NCBI GenBank assembly: GCA_964607485.1
Contig: CAZSKP010000070.1
Span: 1 to 10,967, forward strand
DNA: 10,967 bases
DNA from: an uncultured bacterium
GTDB lineage: Bacteria > Abyssobacteria > SURF-5
Direction: 5' to 3'
Shown here: positions 7,508 through 10,967 of the stretch, one piece after another
How positions within the stretch are numbered: position 1 is the first letter of the stretch
How the letters are laid out: every line of letters starts with the position of its first letter
The notes under the pieces: model-generated
Told to the model about the DNA's origin: nothing
The model's database searches: none
Seen by the model: only the letters and a program-made list of their open reading frames with translations
Translations under genes and position numbers: made by a program

Positions 7508-7815
7508 CTAGTATCTTGGTCAGTCCCTTCGTGTGAATTTGCGTCATTATTATGGATGATACCGTCTTTCAGCGCTGTAAGCGACCATACAGGCAACGGG
7601 CGGGAAGAGCCCGTCAGCGGGTCGATGCAATGACGATACGACGCGTGCGCCTGATATTTCTCCCGCATCCAGCTCCAGCCACGCACGAAGTAGGGGCAGT
7701 CGTCGTTGAAGCACACATAATGAAACTCCGCATCCCACGTCGAAGCCGCGGGGACGGCCCACTTGTTCATCTTCTCTTTACAATACGGGCATACAGGAGT
7801 TTCCTTGATCTTCAT
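7504..7815 (-). CDS. Small Cys4 zinc-finger protein (Ogr/Delta-like C-x2-C-x22-C-x4-C spacing), 103 aa, function unknown
   Basis: C9-PY-C12 ... C35-FNDD-C40; Trp/Tyr-rich, protein-like sequence; co-oriented with the operon; its TGA overlaps the next ATG (ATGA, 7504-7507). The RBS is weak (AGGA close to the ATG). Confidence 0.75.
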   Translation of the reverse strand: MKIKETPVCPYCKEKMNKWAVPAASTWDAEFHYVCFNDDCPYFVRGWSWMREKYQAHASYRHCIDPLTGSSRPLPVWSLTALKDGIIHNNDANSHEGTDQDTR

Positions 7816-7870
7816 TTATCCTGTCAATCTCTTTGCCGCTCACTTCGCCCCAGTCTGCCTGAGTATAGGC

Positions 7871-7887
7871 TGAGAAAGGCTTTCTCA
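7871..7887. promoter_or_regulatory. Perfect 8+1+8 palindrome TGAGAAAG-G-CTTTCTCA, candidate operator, next to a minus-strand TATACT (-10-like, 7867-7862)
   Basis: The inverted repeat is seen directly in the aprA/zinc-finger intergenic region. Its function is inferred. Confidence 0.4.
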
Positions 7888-7915
7888 CGGCCCGAACAAA
7901 CTTCTCCCCCCATTG

Positions 7916-7959
7916 AAAAAGGGGGTTCCTCCGGGCACCCGAGCGGGCGCCCGGAGGAA
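7916..7959 (-). terminator. GC-rich stem-loop after aprA (intrinsic terminator or 3' mRNA-stabilising hairpin)
   Basis: 15-bp arms at 7926-7940 and 7945-7959 with a 4-nt loop. The single mismatch is a G.U pair on the minus-strand RNA. It lies 17 nt after the aprA stop and is followed by CCCCC-UUUUU, so the U-tract is offset and short. Confidence 0.65.
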
Positions 7960-7976
7960 AGTGCATCATTATCAGT

Positions 7977-9845
7977 TTACAGGTTGATGACGGGCTTCTT
8001 CATCATTTCCCACTCGCCCGTCTTGGGGTCCCACTTCGAGTTGACGAAGACCTTCCAATTCTTCTCGTCGATCTTCGGGAAGTCAGACCTGAAGTAGTAA
8101 CCCGGCCAGCGGGTTTCTTCGCGGAACAGTATGCTTCGTACGTGGACTTCCGCCTGCCACAGTCGCTGTATGTTCTCCCAGCAACGCATAAGCTCGTGCA
8201 GGTCCTCGGCCGCGAGTTTCTCCGAGTCTTCTTTCAAGAACCCGATCAACTCGAGGGCGCGGTCCAGGTTGGCCTTGCTTGTGATGAACTGGGCGGAGAC
8301 GCCGCCTGCATACTCGTCCATGATTTTTTGAAGCCTGAACATGAACATCTTCGGCTTCATGTAGTTGGGGTTGATATTGGGGTCACTCGATCCGCCCTTG
8401 TGTTCCTGGAACAAATCGAGCGGTTTCAGGATCCTCTCCTTGAGGGCCTTCACTTCGGCCGCATCAACATTGGGCTGAGTGTTGTTTTCTACGACGAAGC
8501 GGATCGCCTCTTTGGCCGCAATTCGCCCTTCCGTGCATGAACCGGAGGAGAACTTGTGGCTCGAAGCGCCCGACGCATCACCCGCACAGAACAACCCTTT
8601 GACGGTTGCCATGTGTCCATAGCCCCAGAAATACTCCGGAGGAGCCAGGTCTTTCATGCCGCTGACCCACGCGCCCGACGCGCCGGAATGGGAGCCGATG
8701 AAGTAGGGCTCGGCCGCCGCGATTTCGGAGGATTTTTCCTCGGGCTGAACATTCGTGCCCGCCCACAGGATCGCCTGCGAGATGGTCATGTCGAGGAAGT
8801 CTTCCCACGCTTCGCTCTCGAGTTCCTTGAGCTTTTTCTTCCTCTTCTTATCGTCGGGCTCGGACGAGGCGATTTTCTGGATGGCCTCTTCGGTGCGCAT
8901 GTATATCGGACCTTTGCCGTCCAGCACATCGAGCATTCCGAGGTAGTTGCGCAGGTTCGCCGGGATCGGCTTCACCTTGCCGTAGGGCGCCCAGTTGTCC
9001 AGCTCGGGCTTGCGCTCTACCATGTATTCTCCACCCATCGCGTTGGTGGCTCTCGACTTGAAGAGCAGGAACCATGCGCCGACGGGTCCGTACGCGTCCT
9101 TGAACCGGACGGGGATGAAGCGGACTTCCTGGCAGGTCTGCTCAGCGCCGGCACGGGCCGTGAAGTACAAGCTTGAGCCCGAATTCCACGGTGGATACCA
9201 TGCGCGTCCGAGACCTTCACCGGCAGACCTGGGCTTGAACACGTGTACCGCCCCGCCCATGGCAGCCAAAACCGCCTTGGCCTTGAACACATACACCTTG
9301 TTCTCACGAACGCTGAAGCCCACAGCGCCGGCAATGCGGTCTCCATCGAGCAACGGCTCGACGATGAAAACGCGCTCGTAGATGTTGTCCATGCCGATCG
9401 CGTTCTTCGCCGCCTCGGCGACGACGACCTTATAAGATTCGCCGTTGATCATCAGCTGCCAGCGGCCTTCATGGACGTAATTGCCCTCGGCATCTTTCCA
9501 AATGGGGAGTCCCCACTTCTCGAACAGATGCACGGTTGAATCGACGTGTCTGGCTATGCTGGCCACCAGGTCGTCACGTGCAATGCCCATGAGGTCGTTG
9601 CGCACGTACTCGACATAGTCTTTCAGCGTATTTTGACCGTCCTTGATACCGACGTATTGGTTGATGGCGGAAAGGCCCATGGCCACAGCGCCGCTGCGGT
9701 CCATCGCCGCCTTATCGACGAGCGCGACCTTCAGGCCGTTCTTCTTGGCCCAGTAGGCCGCCTCAACTGCTGCGCCGCATGCCGCCATGCCGCCGCCGAG
9801 TATCAAAAGGTCGGTAGTTACCTCGATAGTTTCAAAATCAGCCAC
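7977..9845 (-). CDS. aprA: Adenylylsulfate (APS) reductase alpha subunit, about 622 aa
   Basis: DLLILGGGMAACG; RSGAVAMGLSAIN; WQLMINGESYK; GRAWYPPWNSGS; RFKDAYGPVGAWF; EPYFIGSHSG; HKFSSGS; REETRWPGYY. Start reassigned to GTG 9845 (MADFETIEV): AAGGAGG (9854-9860) sits 8 nt upstream, while the track's GTG at 9854 overlaps the RBS itself. Confidence 0.97.
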   Translation of the reverse strand: MADFETIEVTTDLLILGGGMAACGAAVEAAYWAKKNGLKVALVDKAAMDRSGAVAMGLSAINQYVGIKDGQNTLKDYVEYVRNDLMGIARDDLVASIARHVDSTVHLFEKWGLPIWKDAEGNYVHEGRWQLMINGESYKVVVAEAAKNAIGMDNIYERVFIVEPLLDGDRIAGAVGFSVRENKVYVFKAKAVLAAMGGAVHVFKPRSAGEGLGRAWYPPWNSGSSLYFTARAGAEQTCQEVRFIPVRFKDAYGPVGAWFLLFKSRATNAMGGEYMVERKPELDNWAPYGKVKPIPANLRNYLGMLDVLDGKGPIYMRTEEAIQKIASSEPDDKKRKKKLKELESEAWEDFLDMTISQAILWAGTNVQPEEKSSEIAAAEPYFIGSHSGASGAWVSGMKDLAPPEYFWGYGHMATVKGLFCAGDASGASSHKFSSGSCTEGRIAAKEAIRFVVENNTQPNVDAAEVKALKERILKPLDLFQEHKGGSSDPNINPNYMKPKMFMFRLQKIMDEYAGGVSAQFITSKANLDRALELIGFLKEDSEKLAAEDLHELMRCWENIQRLWQAEVHVRSILFREETRWPGYYFRSDFPKIDEKNWKVFVNSKWDPKTGEWEMMKKPVINL

Positions 9846-9870
9846 TATTTCCACCTCCTTTCGTCAATTA

Positions 9871-10308
9871 TTAGAGTTTCCCTAGGTCCGACATGCCGGT
9901 GGAATCGGGTTCCGTGAACAACAGCGGGCTGCTCAGGTCGTCGGTTCCCGTCGCAAATCCGCCGTCGGGAACGGCAGAGCCTTCAGGCGTGGTGCGGATG
10001 GGGAACTTGAACCGCTTGATCTGACCGCTGCGGAACTTCACGGTCCACATGATGTCTTCGGTGCTTCGCATTGGGGTGACATTGGCGCCCATGGGAACAA
10101 AGTCCGCGTAGCCCCTCACTTCGATGGCCTGCGTGGGGCAGATCTTCACGCAGTTGTAGCATTCCCAGCACATCTCCGGTTCCTGGTTGAACGCCTTCAT
10201 CTGCTCCTTATCCAGAACCATCAGATCGTTCGGGCAAATGTACTGGCACGCGGTCTTGTCCAATGCCTTGCAGCCATCGCACTTCTCTGGTATCACATAG
10301 CTTGGCAT
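9871..10308 (-). CDS. aprB: Adenylylsulfate reductase beta subunit (2x[4Fe-4S]), 145 aa
   Basis: MPSYV..KCDGCKALDKTACQYICPNDLM, CWECYNCVKICP, RGYADFVP, IMWTVKFR, KRFKFPIRTTPEGS; RBS AAGGAG at 10316-10321. Confidence 0.97.
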   Translation of the reverse strand: MPSYVIPEKCDGCKALDKTACQYICPNDLMVLDKEQMKAFNQEPEMCWECYNCVKICPTQAIEVRGYADFVPMGANVTPMRSTEDIMWTVKFRSGQIKRFKFPIRTTPEGSAVPDGGFATGTDDLSSPLLFTEPDSTGMSDLGKL

Positions 10309-10459
10309 TGTCTAACTCCTTAGACTTTTTGAGTTTTCCATCTCGTTCACTTATAAGCCGCTTTCCCTTCCACGTTCGGGTTCTTTTTTGGGCATACCTC
10401 CTTTCATCTACTTGACCACAATGTTACTGCTGAAAACTTTCGAGCCGCAGAGAGCCCAT

Positions 10460-10967
10460 TTACTTCTTCTTGCCCTTCTTGGCGGCGTCGCCTGTAGCCA
10501 TTCCGTGAAGCTTGATTTCAACCTTCTCCGTCAATCCCGCGTAATACTTCTGAAGGATTGTGAGAACCTCCGGGCGGCTGAAATCGGCCGGCACCTCGCC
10601 GCCTTCCGACAGCATCTTGCGGAGCATCGTGCCGCTCAACAGCAGACGGTCTTCCTTGCCGTGCGGGCAGGTTCTCATCGAAGCCATCCCGCGGCACTTG
10701 TGACAGTAGAAGGTCCAGTCGATGTTGAGGGGTTTGAGCTCGAGCGAGCCCGCCGGGATTTCGTTGAAGATCTTCTGCGCGTCGAATGGGCCGTAATAGT
10801 CGCCCACGCCGGCATGGTCGCGGCCAACGATGAGATGGCTGCAACCGTAGTTCTGACGGAAACACGCGTGGAGCAGCGCCTCGCGCGGGCCGCCGTAGCG
10901 CATCTCCATCGGATAGCCGCCCGTCACGACCGTGTCTTTAACGAAGTAGTTCTCGACGAGCGTGTTG
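10460..10967 (-). CDS. sat: Sulfate adenylyltransferase (ATP sulfurylase), C-terminal part; gene begins beyond the right edge
   Basis: [43 protein letters not shown]; metal-binding C-x2-C-x8-C-x-H ([15 protein letters not shown]); LSGT..R...FSRPEV. The frame stays open to the window end ([17 protein letters not shown]), so the track's GTG 10927 is internal. Confidence 0.96.
   Translation of the reverse strand, partial: NTLVENYFVKDTVVTGGYPMEMRYGGPREALLHACFRQNYGCSHLIVGRDHAGVGDYYGPFDAQKIFNEIPAGSLELKPLNIDWTFYCHKCRGMASMRTCPHGKEDRLLLSGTMLRKMLSEGGEVPADFSRPEVLTILQKYYAGLTEKVEIKLHGMATGDAAKKGKKK

Noticed and set aside
6680-7815. Apparently lower GC in the ykgJ and zinc-finger genes as evidence of recent insertion
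   Set aside because: It can be explained by the Phe/Lys/Glu-rich protein composition. No flanking direct repeats or mobility genes are visible, and a GC3 calculation would be needed.
7778-7969. 63-aa minus-strand ORF spanning the aprA-zinc finger intergenic region
   Set aside because: It runs through the hairpins and palindrome, has no clear RBS, overlaps the zinc-finger gene out of frame and is not protein-like.
9846-9854. ORF-track start of aprA at GTG 9854 (and similarly TTG 6683 for qmoA)
   Set aside because: These codons overlap or precede the RBS. GTG 9845 and ATG 6668 have proper SD spacing.
10309-10459. Rex operator (TTGTGAA-N4-TTCACAA-like), which often controls sat/apr in sulfate reducers
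   Set aside because: No convincing match in this spacer or the other intergenic regions. The 7871-7887 palindrome differs in sequence and spacing.
1-10967. CRISPR arrays, tRNA/rRNA genes, IS elements or prophage genes
   Set aside because: No repeat-spacer periodicity, RNA-gene signature, transposase or integrase was seen. The Ogr-like Cys spacing alone does not indicate a prophage.

Overview
The window is a minus-strand dissimilatory sulfur-metabolism cluster. In transcription order it holds sat (5'-truncated), aprB, aprA, a GC hairpin, a small Cys4 zinc-finger gene, a YkgJ/CxxCxxCC Cys-cluster gene, qmoA, qmoB, qmoC, a CoA-disulfide/persulfide reductase with a fused rhodanese domain, a sigma70-like promoter, and the first 13 codons of a probable dsrA (MSESGTPLLDELE, absent from the ORF track). 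The most notable points are: (i) sulfate activation, APS reduction, Qmo and probably Dsr are linked in one co-oriented locus; (ii) a CoADR-RHD/Npsr-type sulfane-sulfur reductase sits between qmoC and dsrA; (iii) two tightly coupled, uncharacterised metal-binding genes separate aprA from qmoA. Family assignments rest on motifs recognised by eye, and no database searches were run. The direction of the pathway (reductive, oxidative or disproportionating) cannot be proven from this window, although the AprA type favours reduction.
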